Program-made: the position numbers and the translations under genes | Assembly: GCF_001017655.1 (NCBI RefSeq) | Contig: NZ_CP010904.1 | Span: 810,001 to 842,000, forward strand | Direction of reading: 5' to 3' | DNA: 32,000 nt | DNA from: Kiritimatiella glycovorans | GTDB taxonomy: Bacteria > Verrucomicrobiota > Kiritimatiellia > Kiritimatiellales > Kiritimatiellaceae | The notes under the pieces: model-generated | Told to the model about the DNA's origin: nothing | Databases searched by the model: none | What the model saw: the letters and a program-made list of their open reading frames with translations, nothing else | Part shown: piece by piece, positions 17,547 to 26,003 of the stretch | Numbering within the stretch: the first letter of the stretch is position 1 | Layout of the letters: each line of letters starts with the position of its first letter

Positions 17547-17903
17547 TGGTGGAGGCGGGGGGATTCGAACCCCCGTCCGTGCAAGCGTTACGTCTGCTTC
17601 TACGTGCGTAGTCCATCTTTAAGTGTCGCTCGCGGGCCGCCGATGAACGGGCAATCCCGGTCGCCAGTAACCGGAAAAAAACTTCGCTCCGCACCCCCGG
17701 TTACCCGGGATTGGAGCTAACCTGCTGTCGTCGCCGCTATCCCCTAGCAGGTGTCAGAGTAGCGACGCCACTGCGTTATTTACGCAGCGAGGGCCAATTC
17801 TTCGTTGGCACTTGTATGGTTACCGGATGATTTACGAGGCCAACCGGTGTCCTCGGCACGCCACAAACGCTCCGATTCTTACACGTCGAAGCCTGTCGCC
17901 CCC
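17547..17903 (-). ncRNA. ssrA: tmRNA (SsrA), 357 nt; tag peptide ANEELALAA
   Basis: The minus strand starts GGGGGCGACAGGCTTCGACG...GCGTGCCGAGG..GGTTGGCCTCGTAAA and ends ...GGACGGGGGTTCGAATCCCCCCGCCTCCACCA, the tRNA-like domain. The tag reading frame is GCC AAC GAA GAA TTG GCC CTC GCT GCG TAA at 17809-17780. Confidence 0.95.
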
Positions 17904-17919
17904 TCCTTTTCTAGACCCC

Positions 17920-17948
17920 ATTAGACCACATGGGGCGGAGGTGTTCAA
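17920..17948 (-). promoter_or_regulatory. Candidate sigma70-type promoter of ssrA
   Basis: The minus strand reads TTGAAC (17948-17943), a 17-nt spacer, then TCTAAT (17925-17920). The -10 ends 16 nt upstream of the mature 5' end. Confidence 0.4.
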
Positions 17949-18048
17949 TGTTTGGAACGCTCGTAGTAGGCCCGCAGACCTGCGAAGCAGGGCCAGGGCC
18001 GTGATCTTCACGCGCCTGGCCGCCGGCTTTATTCACCCCTTTCATGTC

Positions 18049-18115
18049 TTGACACCCTTCGCCGTTCATCATAAAACGCATCACATGATCACAAAGTGAT
18101 CACAAAAAGGTGATG
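18049..18115 (+). promoter_or_regulatory. Candidate promoter (TTGACA-17 nt-TAAAAC) followed by a nested palindromic operator
   Basis: TTGACA lies at 18049-18054 and TAAAAC at 18072-18077. They are followed by CATCAC-A-TGATCAC-AAA-GTGATCA-CAAAAAG-GTGATG (18079-18115). This contains a perfect 7-bp inverted repeat flanked by a 6-bp inverted repeat and carries two GATC sites. Confidence 0.45.
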
Positions 18116-18119
18116 CGAA

Positions 18120-18317
18120 ATGGCGGGAAGTTTTGAAGGTACGGGGGTGCGGAATCTGAAGGTCCGCGGCGGCGTGTACTACTGGCGGCAGAGAATCGAC
18201 GGGGTGCAGTACTCGGAATCGCTGGAGACGCGCGACCCGGAAGAGGCGCGCAGGCGCATGGAGGCGCGGGCGGCGGAGGTTCGGGCGGGGAAGGATCACA
18301 ACAGGGAGAAGAGCGGG
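18120..18317 (+). pseudogene. Integrase N-terminal (Arm-type DNA-binding domain) remnant, in frame with the aldolase ORF
   Basis: MAGSFEGTGVRNLKVRGGVYYWRQRIDGVQYSESLETRDPEEARRRMEARAAEVRAGK fits the N-terminal pattern of P4-type tyrosine integrases (G.Y.WR.R..G...S.SLGT.D..EA....). No SAM-like or catalytic domain follows; the HMGL domain does instead. Confidence 0.4.
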
Positions 18318-19301
18318 ATGACGACGAGAAAGAAACGGAACCTGAGCGAGGAATGGGTCGATTACCGGGCGGATCTGAAGCTGCTGGACTGCTCGATCCG
18401 GGACGGCGGTCTGGTCACTAACTGCGAGTTCGAGGACAAGTTCGTCAAGGCGGTCTACAACGCGCTGGTGGCGGCGGGTGTTGACTACATGGAGCTGGGG
18501 TACAAGGCCGACCAAAAGATCTTCAGCCCGGAGGAGCACGGCCGCTGGAAGTTCTGCACGGAGGAGGACCTGCGCAGTGTGCTGGACGACAATCCCTCCG
18601 AAATGAAGATCAGCGTGATGGCCGACGCCGGCCGCACGGACTATCACAACGACATTCTCCCGAAAAAGGACAGTGTGATCGACCTGGTCCGCGTGGCCTG
18701 CTACATCCACCAGATCCCGGCCGCACTGGAGATGGTCAAGGATGCGCACGACAAGGGCTACGAGGTTTCCGTCAACCTGATGGCGGTCTCGACCGTGCCG
18801 GACTACGAGCTGGACCGGGGGATCGAACTGATCGGCCGCAGCGAGATCGATATCCTCTACCTGGTCGACAGCTTCGGTTCGCTCTACTACGAGCAGATCG
18901 ACGACCTCCTGCGCCGCTATATCGCCGCGGCGCCGGACAAGCAGATCGGAATCCATGCGCACAACAATCAGCAGATGGCCTACGCAAACACCACGTACGC
19001 CGCCATCCACGGCGCGACGATGCTCGACGGCACCATCGAAGGCCTCGGCCGCGGCGCGGGCAACTGCCCGCTGGAGCTGCTGATCGGGTTTCTCAAGAAC
19101 CCGAAGTTCAACCTGCGCCCGATCGTGGATGTGATCGAGAAGGAGATCCTGCCGTTGCGCGAGCGCTACGACTGGGGGTACAGCCTGCCGTACATGATCA
19201 CCGGCCTGCTCAACGAGCACCCGCGGCCGGCGATCGCCCTGCGCAGCGGCGACCGCAAGGAGCAGTTCCTCTCGTTCTACGATGAGATGATCGATTCCTG
19301 A
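18318..19301 (+). CDS. HMGL-like (DRE-TIM) aldolase family protein
   Basis: The sequence from MTTRKKRNLSEEWVDYRADLKLLDCSIRDGG (a GGGAGAAGAG RBS lies upstream) carries ...GVDYMELGY... and ...IGIHAHNNQQMAYANT...GLGRGAGNCPLE, the pyruvate carboxyltransferase / 4-hydroxy-2-oxovalerate-aldolase-like motifs. The track ORF starts 66 codons earlier, at 18120. Confidence 0.75.
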   Translation: MTTRKKRNLSEEWVDYRADLKLLDCSIRDGGLVTNCEFEDKFVKAVYNALVAAGVDYMELGYKADQKIFSPEEHGRWKFCTEEDLRSVLDDNPSEMKISVMADAGRTDYHNDILPKKDSVIDLVRVACYIHQIPAALEMVKDAHDKGYEVSVNLMAVSTVPDYELDRGIELIGRSEIDILYLVDSFGSLYYEQIDDLLRRYIAAAPDKQIGIHAHNNQQMAYANTTYAAIHGATMLDGTIEGLGRGAGNCPLELLIGFLKNPKFNLRPIVDVIEKEILPLRERYDWGYSLPYMITGLLNEHPRPAIALRSGDRKEQFLSFYDEMIDS

Positions 19302-22300
19302 TTTCCGCGCCTTCGCGTGAGCTGACCGAACGCGTCCCGGAACTCGGCGCCGAGGCGGGAGGCGTCGTCGAGAATCAGGTACAGCGACGGCACCAGCACC
19401 AGCGTGATCAGCGTCGCGAAGAGGATCCCGAACCCGAGCGAGATCGCCATCGGGATCAGAAACCGTGCCTGCAGCGAGGTCTCGAGGATCATCGGTGACA
19501 ACCCGCCGAAGGTCGTGAACGTGGTCAGCATGATCGGCCGGAAGCGCTGCAGACCCGCCATGTGTACGGCGTCGTGCGGACTGAGATCCTCCTGCCGGCG
19601 GCGCCGGTTGGCGTATTCGATCAGCACCAGCGAGTCGTTCACCACCACGCCGGAGAGGGCGACGATCCCCAGCATGCTGATCACGCTGAGCGAGTAGCCC
19701 ATGATCAGGTGTCCGGCCACGGCGCCGATGATCCCGAAGGGAATGCTGACCATCACGATCAGCGGCTGGATATAGGAGCGGAAGGGGACCGCCAGCATCG
19801 CGAAGATCGCCAGCATCGCCATCAGGAAACTGGTCTTGAGGCTTCCCAGACTTTCGCGCATGTCCGCCTGCCGCCCCTCGAAGCTGTAGCTGAGTCCCGG
19901 GTAGTGGGCAACCAGCCCGGGCAGCACGCTGCGCTGCAGATCTTCCAGAATCACCGGCGCCTCGCTGCGCGGCTCGACGTTCGCCGTCGCCGACACCACC
20001 CGCCGTCCGTCGCGCCGGTCGATGGTCGTGTACGCCCGCCCGCGCGTTCGCTCCACGGCTTCGTCCAGCGGGATTTCCCCGCCCGCCGGCGTGCGCAGCA
20101 GGAGGGATTCCAGGTCGTATTCCGAATCGCGCTCCGACACCGGCCGCCGCACCATGATCTTGATTTCGTTGCGTCCCCGCTGCTGGCGAATGGCCTCCGC
20201 CCCGTAGAAGGCATGGCGGAGCTGGTTGGCCACGTCGCGCGCGGTCAGCCCCAGGCTCTCGCCCGCCGCCGTCATCCGGAAATCGATCTGCTCCTTGCCC
20301 GGCTGAAATCCGTCGTCGATGTCCGACACCTGCGGATAGGTCGCCAGCGCCTCCGCGAGTTCCGCGCTCGCCGCCTCGAGCACGTCCAGCTTGCGGTGGC
20401 TGAGTTCGACGGTCAGGCCCGGACCCCCGCCCGGCCCGCCGAAGTCGGACTGGAACCGGATCGATTCCACACCTGGAACCGGGCCGGTCGCCTCCCGCCA
20501 CCGCTCCACGAACTCCTGCGTGCTGATCCCGATCCGGCGCCGCACCTCGGCGTCGGCGAGGAACGCCCGCATCGAGGCCCGGTGGTTGCCGCCGGCGCCG
20601 ATGTCGGCGAAGATCCCCTCCAGCAGCTCGTCGTGCCCGCTCTCGCGGATTACGTCGTGCGCGGCGTCCTTGAGACGCCGCACCACCGCCTCGGTCGTCT
20701 CCACCGGCGAGCCGACGGGGAGCGTGACGGTGACCCTCGCGAAGTCGGATTCGACGCGCGGAAAGAGGTCCATGCCCATCCGCCCGCTGCCCACGTAGCC
20801 GAGCGTCAGCGTCAGCACGGCGACGGCCACGGCGAACACGAAGTAGCGGCGACGCAGCACGCCCGCGAGAAAGGCGCTGTAGCGCGTGTTGATCCAGCGC
20901 ACGAAGGCGTCGCTGAACGCGCGCTGTTTCCCGTGCAGCCAGCGCATCAGTCCGTGGCGGCGGCGGTCCCGCTGGTGGCCCAGGTGGGCGGGAAGGACGA
21001 AGAGCGACTCGATCAGCGAGATGAGGAACGCGGTCGAGACGACCAGCGGGATCATCTTGAATATCTTGCCCATCGTGCCGGGGATGAAGTAGAGCGGCAG
21101 GAAGGCGACAATGTTCGTCATGATGCTGAACGTCACCGGCATCGCCACCTCGCGCGCGCCCCGCACCGCCGCCTGCATGAAGGGGAGCCCCTGCTGGTGG
21201 TGGTAATAGATATTCTCGCCCACGACGATCGCGTCGTCGACCACGATCCCGAGCGCAATGATGTAGGCGAACAGCGAGACCATGTTGATCGAAACCCCGA
21301 GCATCGGCAGCGCGAGCATCGAACCGAGGAACGAGATCGGGATGCCGAGCATCACCCAGAAGGCGAGGCGGGCCTCGAGAAAGATGCCCAGCAGGATCAG
21401 CACCAGGACCAGCCCGAGCGCGCCGTTGCGCAGGAGAAGATTGACGCGCTGCGCGTAGATCTCCGACATGTCGCGCAGTTCGTCGATCGCAATCCCCGGC
21501 GGCAGAGTGGGGCGGATCGTTTGGAGCTGTGCGCGCACGGCGTCGGCGACCGTGATCGGCGTTTGTTCGCCGACGCGGAAGACCGTCAGCATCAGCGCCG
21601 GTTCGCCGTCGTAGATGGCATGCCGGTCCTCGTCGGCCGCGAATCCGTCCTGCACGTCCGCGATGTCGGCCAGCTCCACATCGGTGCCGCCCGGGGGCGA
21701 GATGACCGGGAGCCGGGCGAACTCGCGCCCGTAGTCGCGCCGCTCCTTCATCCGGATCATCAGGTCGCCGCCCGGGGTCTCCAGCTGGCCGCCGGGCAGC
21801 TCGAGCGACCGCGAACGCAGTCGCGCGGCGAGGTCGCCGAGCGTCAGGCCGTACCGCCGCAGCTGTGCCTGATCGAGCGAGACGCCGATCTCGAGCGACC
21901 GCGCGCCGCCCAGTTCGACCTGGGTGATGCCGGGGTCCTGCAGCAGGACGTCGCGCAGGTCCTCGGTCAGCTCGCGCAGCACCGTGCGCGGGGTCTGCCC
22001 GTGGACCACGATCGTGAGCACCTCGCGCTTGCGCGATACGATCCGTACCTCGGGCTCCTCGGCCTCCTCGGGGAAGGTGATGATCCGGTCGACCTCGCTC
22101 CGGATATCCTGGTAGAGCTGCTGCAGATCCGCGCCGCGGATCAGTTCGGCCGTCACCGTGCCCACGCCCTCCGCGGCCGTGGAGCGGATTTCGTCGATCC
22201 CGTCCAGCCCGCGGATGGCCTCCTCGACCGCGAGCACGATCCCGCGCTCGACCTCTTCGGGACTCGCGCCGGGATAGGCGACCGTCACGCGTACCTGGTC

Positions 22301-22450
22301 CAGATCGAGATCGGGAAAGACCTCCTGTCTGATCTGCGAGAACATGATCAGCCCGCCGATCAGACAGACGAACATGATCAGATTGGCGGCGACGTGGTTG
22401 CCCGCCATCCATGCGATCGGCCCGCCCGCTTTGCCGGTTCGTTCAGTCAT
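19277..22450 (-). CDS. RND efflux transporter permease (AcrB/HAE family)
   Basis: 1057 aa. The N-terminus ...IAWMAGNHVAANLIMFVCLIGGL... is followed by a 12-TM, two-large-loop layout typical of AcrB-like pumps. It is the last gene of the OMF-MFP-RND operon. Confidence 0.9.
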   Translation of the reverse strand: MTERTGKAGGPIAWMAGNHVAANLIMFVCLIGGLIMFSQIRQEVFPDLDLDQVRVTVAYPGASPEEVERGIVLAVEEAIRGLDGIDEIRSTAAEGVGTVTAELIRGADLQQLYQDIRSEVDRIITFPEEAEEPEVRIVSRKREVLTIVVHGQTPRTVLRELTEDLRDVLLQDPGITQVELGGARSLEIGVSLDQAQLRRYGLTLGDLAARLRSRSLELPGGQLETPGGDLMIRMKERRDYGREFARLPVISPPGGTDVELADIADVQDGFAADEDRHAIYDGEPALMLTVFRVGEQTPITVADAVRAQLQTIRPTLPPGIAIDELRDMSEIYAQRVNLLLRNGALGLVLVLILLGIFLEARLAFWVMLGIPISFLGSMLALPMLGVSINMVSLFAYIIALGIVVDDAIVVGENIYYHHQQGLPFMQAAVRGAREVAMPVTFSIMTNIVAFLPLYFIPGTMGKIFKMIPLVVSTAFLISLIESLFVLPAHLGHQRDRRRHGLMRWLHGKQRAFSDAFVRWINTRYSAFLAGVLRRRYFVFAVAVAVLTLTLGYVGSGRMGMDLFPRVESDFARVTVTLPVGSPVETTEAVVRRLKDAAHDVIRESGHDELLEGIFADIGAGGNHRASMRAFLADAEVRRRIGISTQEFVERWREATGPVPGVESIRFQSDFGGPGGGPGLTVELSHRKLDVLEAASAELAEALATYPQVSDIDDGFQPGKEQIDFRMTAAGESLGLTARDVANQLRHAFYGAEAIRQQRGRNEIKIMVRRPVSERDSEYDLESLLLRTPAGGEIPLDEAVERTRGRAYTTIDRRDGRRVVSATANVEPRSEAPVILEDLQRSVLPGLVAHYPGLSYSFEGRQADMRESLGSLKTSFLMAMLAIFAMLAVPFRSYIQPLIVMVSIPFGIIGAVAGHLIMGYSLSVISMLGIVALSGVVVNDSLVLIEYANRRRRQEDLSPHDAVHMAGLQRFRPIMLTTFTTFGGLSPMILETSLQARFLIPMAISLGFGILFATLITLVLVPSLYLILDDASRLGAEFRDAFGQLTRRRGNQESIISS

Positions 22451-22475
22451 GACTTCCGGTACCCGCGGCCGGGAT

Positions 22476-22616
22476 GCATTTCACTTTCTCAGGTCTCACA
22501 CTCATTCTAACTCTAACTCTGATTCTGATTCTGACTCTGACTCTTATTCTGACTCTGATTCTAACTCTGACTCAGACTCTGATTCTCACTCAGGTTTCAG
22601 GTCTCAGCCTTCACAC
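22476..22616. repeat. Hexamer-phased tandem repeat (TGAYTC-like) plus an aggtttcaggtctcag motif, inside the MFP-RND intergenic spacer
   Basis: About 15 consecutive 6-bp units (taactc taactc tgattc tgattc tgactc tgactc ttattc tgactc tgattc taactc tgactc agactc tgattc tcactc). The 3' part, cactcaggtttcaggtctcag, is the reverse complement of the core of the 27.3-kb array. Confidence 0.9.
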
Positions 22617-23843
22617 TCAGCCCCCTTCTTCCGCTCCTCCCCCTTCAACCTCGATCCGCATCCCCTCGACCGGGGCGGCGAGGTTGGAGGTGATCAGCCG
22701 CTCGCCTTCCTCGAGTCCGTCCCGGACGAGCACGACGTCGTCGCCGCGCCAGACGGGTTCGACGTCGCGGATGCGGAGCCGGTTCTCCGGGTCGGCAATC
22801 CAGACCCGGTCGTTTTCGCGCAGCGCGGCGCGCGGGATGGCAATGACGCCGGAGGCCGTGCGGCCGGTGAGTTCCACATCGACGAAGCTGTCGAGGAGCA
22901 TCGGGACGCGCCCGTCGGGCGACCGGTCGAGCGCCAGCGGATCGGGGACTTCGACGATTGCCCGCGCGAGCCGTCCCTGCGGCTCGAGATCCGGGAGCCG
23001 CTTGAGGACCCGTCCGTCGCGTACGCCTCCGGCGCGCAGGCGGATGCGAGCCGACGACGCGGCTCCGCCGGATTCGGGGAATACGATCCACTTGAGCTGA
23101 TCCACGGGGATGAGCACGCGCACCCACCAGACGTCGGTACCCACCAGCCGCGCGAGCGGGGTCTGGGGGGACGCCAGGTCGCCGACTTCCACCATCCGCT
23201 CGCGGATGACCGCGTTGAACGGGGCGCGGACCTCCGTACGCGCGAGGTCGAGTTCGGCCTGTTTCAGTTCGGCCTCCGCGGCGGCGACGGCGGCACGGCT
23301 GCTCTCGAACTGCGGCTGGCGCAGGGCGAGGCGCCGGTCCGTGGAGTCCATCGAGTTGGTGTCCAGCCCCACCGTCTCCCAGTCCCGGCGCGCGACCTCG
23401 CGTCGCCCCCGCTCCAGCGCGAGTTCGCCGCGCGCCCTGACCAGCGCGCTCTCTTTTCTCTCAAGGGCATGACGGTAGTCGCGGTCGTCGATGCGCACGA
23501 GTACCTCGTCCTCCCGCACGCGCCCGCCCGGCGTCCAGTCCTCGTGGACCGCCCTGACGTGACCGGTCACACGCGGCGTGAGGGTGATCTCGCGGCGCGG
23601 AATCACGGTGCCCATCACGGGGACGACCACGGCGCGGCTGCCGCGTTCGAGTCGCGTCACCTCGACCCACGGCGTCCGCGCGGGCCGCGCGCCGCGTTCG
23701 GGCTTTTTGCGGTTACGTATCAGTCCCATCGCGGCGGCGAAGGCCAGCACGAGGATCAGCGTGCCCGTCACTGCGAGCAGTGTTTTCTGCCTCCGGCTCA
23801 GCGGACGCTGCGGGTCGCCGGGAAACGTGCGGGGATCGGTCAT
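22617..23843 (-). CDS. Efflux RND periplasmic adaptor (MFP/HlyD family)
   Basis: 408 aa with an N-terminal TM anchor, a barrel-sandwich plus coiled-coil hairpin pattern (...VLVRIDDRDYRHALERKESALVRARGELA...), and a start overlapping the OMF stop (ATGA). Confidence 0.85.
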   Translation of the reverse strand: MTDPRTFPGDPQRPLSRRQKTLLAVTGTLILVLAFAAAMGLIRNRKKPERGARPARTPWVEVTRLERGSRAVVVPVMGTVIPRREITLTPRVTGHVRAVHEDWTPGGRVREDEVLVRIDDRDYRHALERKESALVRARGELALERGRREVARRDWETVGLDTNSMDSTDRRLALRQPQFESSRAAVAAAEAELKQAELDLARTEVRAPFNAVIRERMVEVGDLASPQTPLARLVGTDVWWVRVLIPVDQLKWIVFPESGGAASSARIRLRAGGVRDGRVLKRLPDLEPQGRLARAIVEVPDPLALDRSPDGRVPMLLDSFVDVELTGRTASGVIAIPRAALRENDRVWIADPENRLRIRDVEPVWRGDDVVLVRDGLEEGERLITSNLAAPVEGMRIEVEGGGAEEGG

Positions 23844-25252
23844 GATCGGTTCCTCCCGAGGGTCGCGGTTTTCATCCAGTCGCCGCCCAGCGCGCGGTAC
23901 AGCTCGATACGGAAGCTGAGCCGCTCGAAGCGCGCCCGGATGAGTCGGCGTTCCAGTTCCTGGGTTCGTGTGAGCGCGGAAAGTACGGTGAGGTAATCGG
24001 CCTGTCCCTTGCGGTAGCGGAAGCGCGATTCCTCGAGTGTGGCGCGGGACTGCTCGAGCTGGGTGCTCAGACGATGCACGGTCTCGCTCTGGTTCGTCTC
24101 GCGCACGAGGGCGTCGCTGACCTCCCGTACGGCGGTAAGGACGGTCGAGCGGTACGCCGCCAGGGCCTCCCGCGCCGCGGCGCGGGCGCGCTCGACCTCG
24201 GCCCGCCGCCGACCGGCATCAAACAGCGGCGCGGTCAGTCCGGCGGCGAGCGACTGCGACCAGTTGTCGAGGAGCAGGTCGAGTCCGTTCGGGTCTCCGT
24301 ACCGCTGCGCGGCGGTGAGCGAGATCCGCGGCAGACGGTCGGCACGCGCGGCGCCGACGTCCCATCCGGCGGCTTCGAGCCGGTACCGCGCCTGCCGGAT
24401 GTCGGGCCTGCGGTCGAGCAGCGTGCAGGGGATGCCCGCGTCCGGAACGGGTCCGGGCTCGGGGAGGGAAGGGGTGCTGATCTCGATCTCCGCGGTGCCC
24501 GGTGCCCGTCCCAGCAGAACGGCCAGTTCGTGGCGCAGCGTGTCCCGCCGCGACTCGAGCGGGGGCAGCAGCGCGCGGGTGGCGGCGAGCAGTTCGCGCT
24601 GCTGCAGGACGTCGAGCGCGGTGCCGGTGCCCTGTCCGAAACGGTGTTCCAGCAGCTCAAGGCTCTGGCGGTTGGCCTCGATCTGCGCGCGGACCCGTTC
24701 GATCCGACGGTTGTGATGAATCAGGTTCAGCCAGCGCACCGCCGTCTCGGCGGTCAGGCTCAGCGCGAGATCATGGCCGGCCTCCACCGCGGCGTCCCGG
24801 TCGAGTTCGCGGGCACGGGTCTGCGCGCGGACGCGTCCCCACAGGTCGAGTTCCCACAGACTGACCAGATCGAGCCCGTAGGCGTTGTTCGAGTCGCGCG
24901 CGACCGTCCGGCCGTCGTCCACCCTCGTGCGCGACACGGAGGCGGCGGACTCGACATCCAGCGAGGGAAACAGCCCGGAGCGTGAGCGGCGCGCGAGCGC
25001 GCGAGCCTGGTCGATGCGCGCGAGGGCCTGTTCGAGGTCGTAGTTGCCTTCGAGCGTGCGCGCGATCAGTCGGTCGAGTTCGGGCGAATCGAACGCGGTC
25101 CACCACCGATCCGGGGCGTGCCGGACCGCGTGCCCTTCCGCATAGCGTTCCGGAAGGGCGGGGGCGGGTTCGTCCGGAATCTCGGGACGATTGAGTACGC
25201 AGCCCGCAGAGAAAAGGACCAGGATCAGGGCGCTGACGGGGATGCGGATCAT
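23840..25252 (-). CDS. Efflux outer membrane factor lipoprotein (NodT/TolC family)
   Basis: 470 aa with the lipobox LFSAGC and the motifs WWTAFDSPELDRLI and LDLWGRVR characteristic of NodT-family OMFs. Confidence 0.9.
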   Translation of the reverse strand: MIRIPVSALILVLFSAGCVLNRPEIPDEPAPALPERYAEGHAVRHAPDRWWTAFDSPELDRLIARTLEGNYDLEQALARIDQARALARRSRSGLFPSLDVESAASVSRTRVDDGRTVARDSNNAYGLDLVSLWELDLWGRVRAQTRARELDRDAAVEAGHDLALSLTAETAVRWLNLIHHNRRIERVRAQIEANRQSLELLEHRFGQGTGTALDVLQQRELLAATRALLPPLESRRDTLRHELAVLLGRAPGTAEIEISTPSLPEPGPVPDAGIPCTLLDRRPDIRQARYRLEAAGWDVGAARADRLPRISLTAAQRYGDPNGLDLLLDNWSQSLAAGLTAPLFDAGRRRAEVERARAAAREALAAYRSTVLTAVREVSDALVRETNQSETVHRLSTQLEQSRATLEESRFRYRKGQADYLTVLSALTRTQELERRLIRARFERLSFRIELYRALGGDWMKTATLGRNRS

Positions 25253-25303
25253 GCGTCGACCTCCATATCCTTCATGGTAAATCCCGACCCCGCGCCGCGG
25301 GAG

Positions 25304-25915
25304 TCAGTCTGACGCGGCGTCCCCGGCGCCGATCTTCCGGGCGAGGTGGACATGGCCGCGGTCGCGTGCGAAGTCGGCCGCGGTGTCGCCGTCGGCATCT
25401 TTAAGGGACGGGTCCGCGCCGTGTTCGAGCAGCACGTCGACGACGGCCTCATGGCCTTCTCCTGCGGCGAACATGAGCGGCGACCAGTGTTCGCCGCCGT
25501 CGACCGCGTTGACGTCCGCGCCGTGGCGCAGCAGCAGGCGCACCGCCTCCGGGAAGGCGCCCGTGGAGGCGAACATCAGGGGCGTCCGGTCGTTGATATC
25601 TTTAGCGTCCGGATCCGCGCCCGCCTTCAGAAGTATGCGAAGGGTTTCGACGTGGCCGTTGAATGACGCGAGCATCAGCGGGGTGCGTTTCTGTTCGTCG
25701 CGTCCGTCGGCCTCCAGTCCGCTCTTCAGCATCGTGCGCACCTTTCCGGCCTCGCCTCGAAAGGCCGCTTCCGCAAGCTGGGTGGAGGTGTACGTCTGCT
25801 TTTCCGCTTCCTGCGGCGGCGGGGATGATTCGGCGGTGTCCCTGCCGCAGCCCTGTGCGAGGCCGAGACAGAGGCAGCAGGCGATCAGGGCGGCAACGGA
25901 CGGGTGCATATTCAT
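25304..25915 (-). CDS. Secreted ankyrin-repeat lipoprotein
   Basis: MNMHPSVAALIACCLCLGLAQGC (signal peptide plus lipobox), then 4-5 ANK repeats (TPLMLASFNGHVETLRILLKAGADPDAKD...). The start at 25915 has a GGGAGA RBS; the track ORF extends upstream to 25966. Confidence 0.8.
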   Translation of the reverse strand: MNMHPSVAALIACCLCLGLAQGCGRDTAESSPPPQEAEKQTYTSTQLAEAAFRGEAGKVRTMLKSGLEADGRDEQKRTPLMLASFNGHVETLRILLKAGADPDAKDINDRTPLMFASTGAFPEAVRLLLRHGADVNAVDGGEHWSPLMFAAGEGHEAVVDVLLEHGADPSLKDADGDTAADFARDRGHVHLARKIGAGDAASD

Positions 25916-26003
25916 GGCGGTCTCCCGGATTCGTGTATGCTGAACCGTAATTCGATCGAAACGCACAGGCTAATGGTCTGGATCGCGGAAGGGAAGGGCC
26001 AAT

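Noticed and set aside
17309-18099. Small ORFs overlapping the tmRNA and its flanks (17309-17584, 17317-17694, 17397-17720, 17812-18099)
   Set aside because: The region is fully explained by ssrA, which has a canonical 5' end, tag frame and tRNA-like 3' end, together with its promoter and terminator.
18081-22412. 1443-aa minus-strand ORF, the longest in the track
   Set aside because: It is extremely Arg/Gly/Ala/Pro/Asp-rich and low in complexity. It overlaps, out of frame, both the RND pump ORF on the same strand and the aldolase on the other strand, each of which has clear family motifs. It is a typical high-GC shadow ORF.
19562-23996. Plus-strand ORFs 19562-22510 (982 aa) and 22344-23996 (550 aa, with an SDSDSDSYSDSDSNSDSDSDS stretch resembling Ser-Asp repeat adhesins)
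   Set aside because: They are antisense to the RND and MFP genes. The SD repeat is simply the intergenic TGAYTC hexamer array read in one frame, and another frame gives LTLILT repeats.
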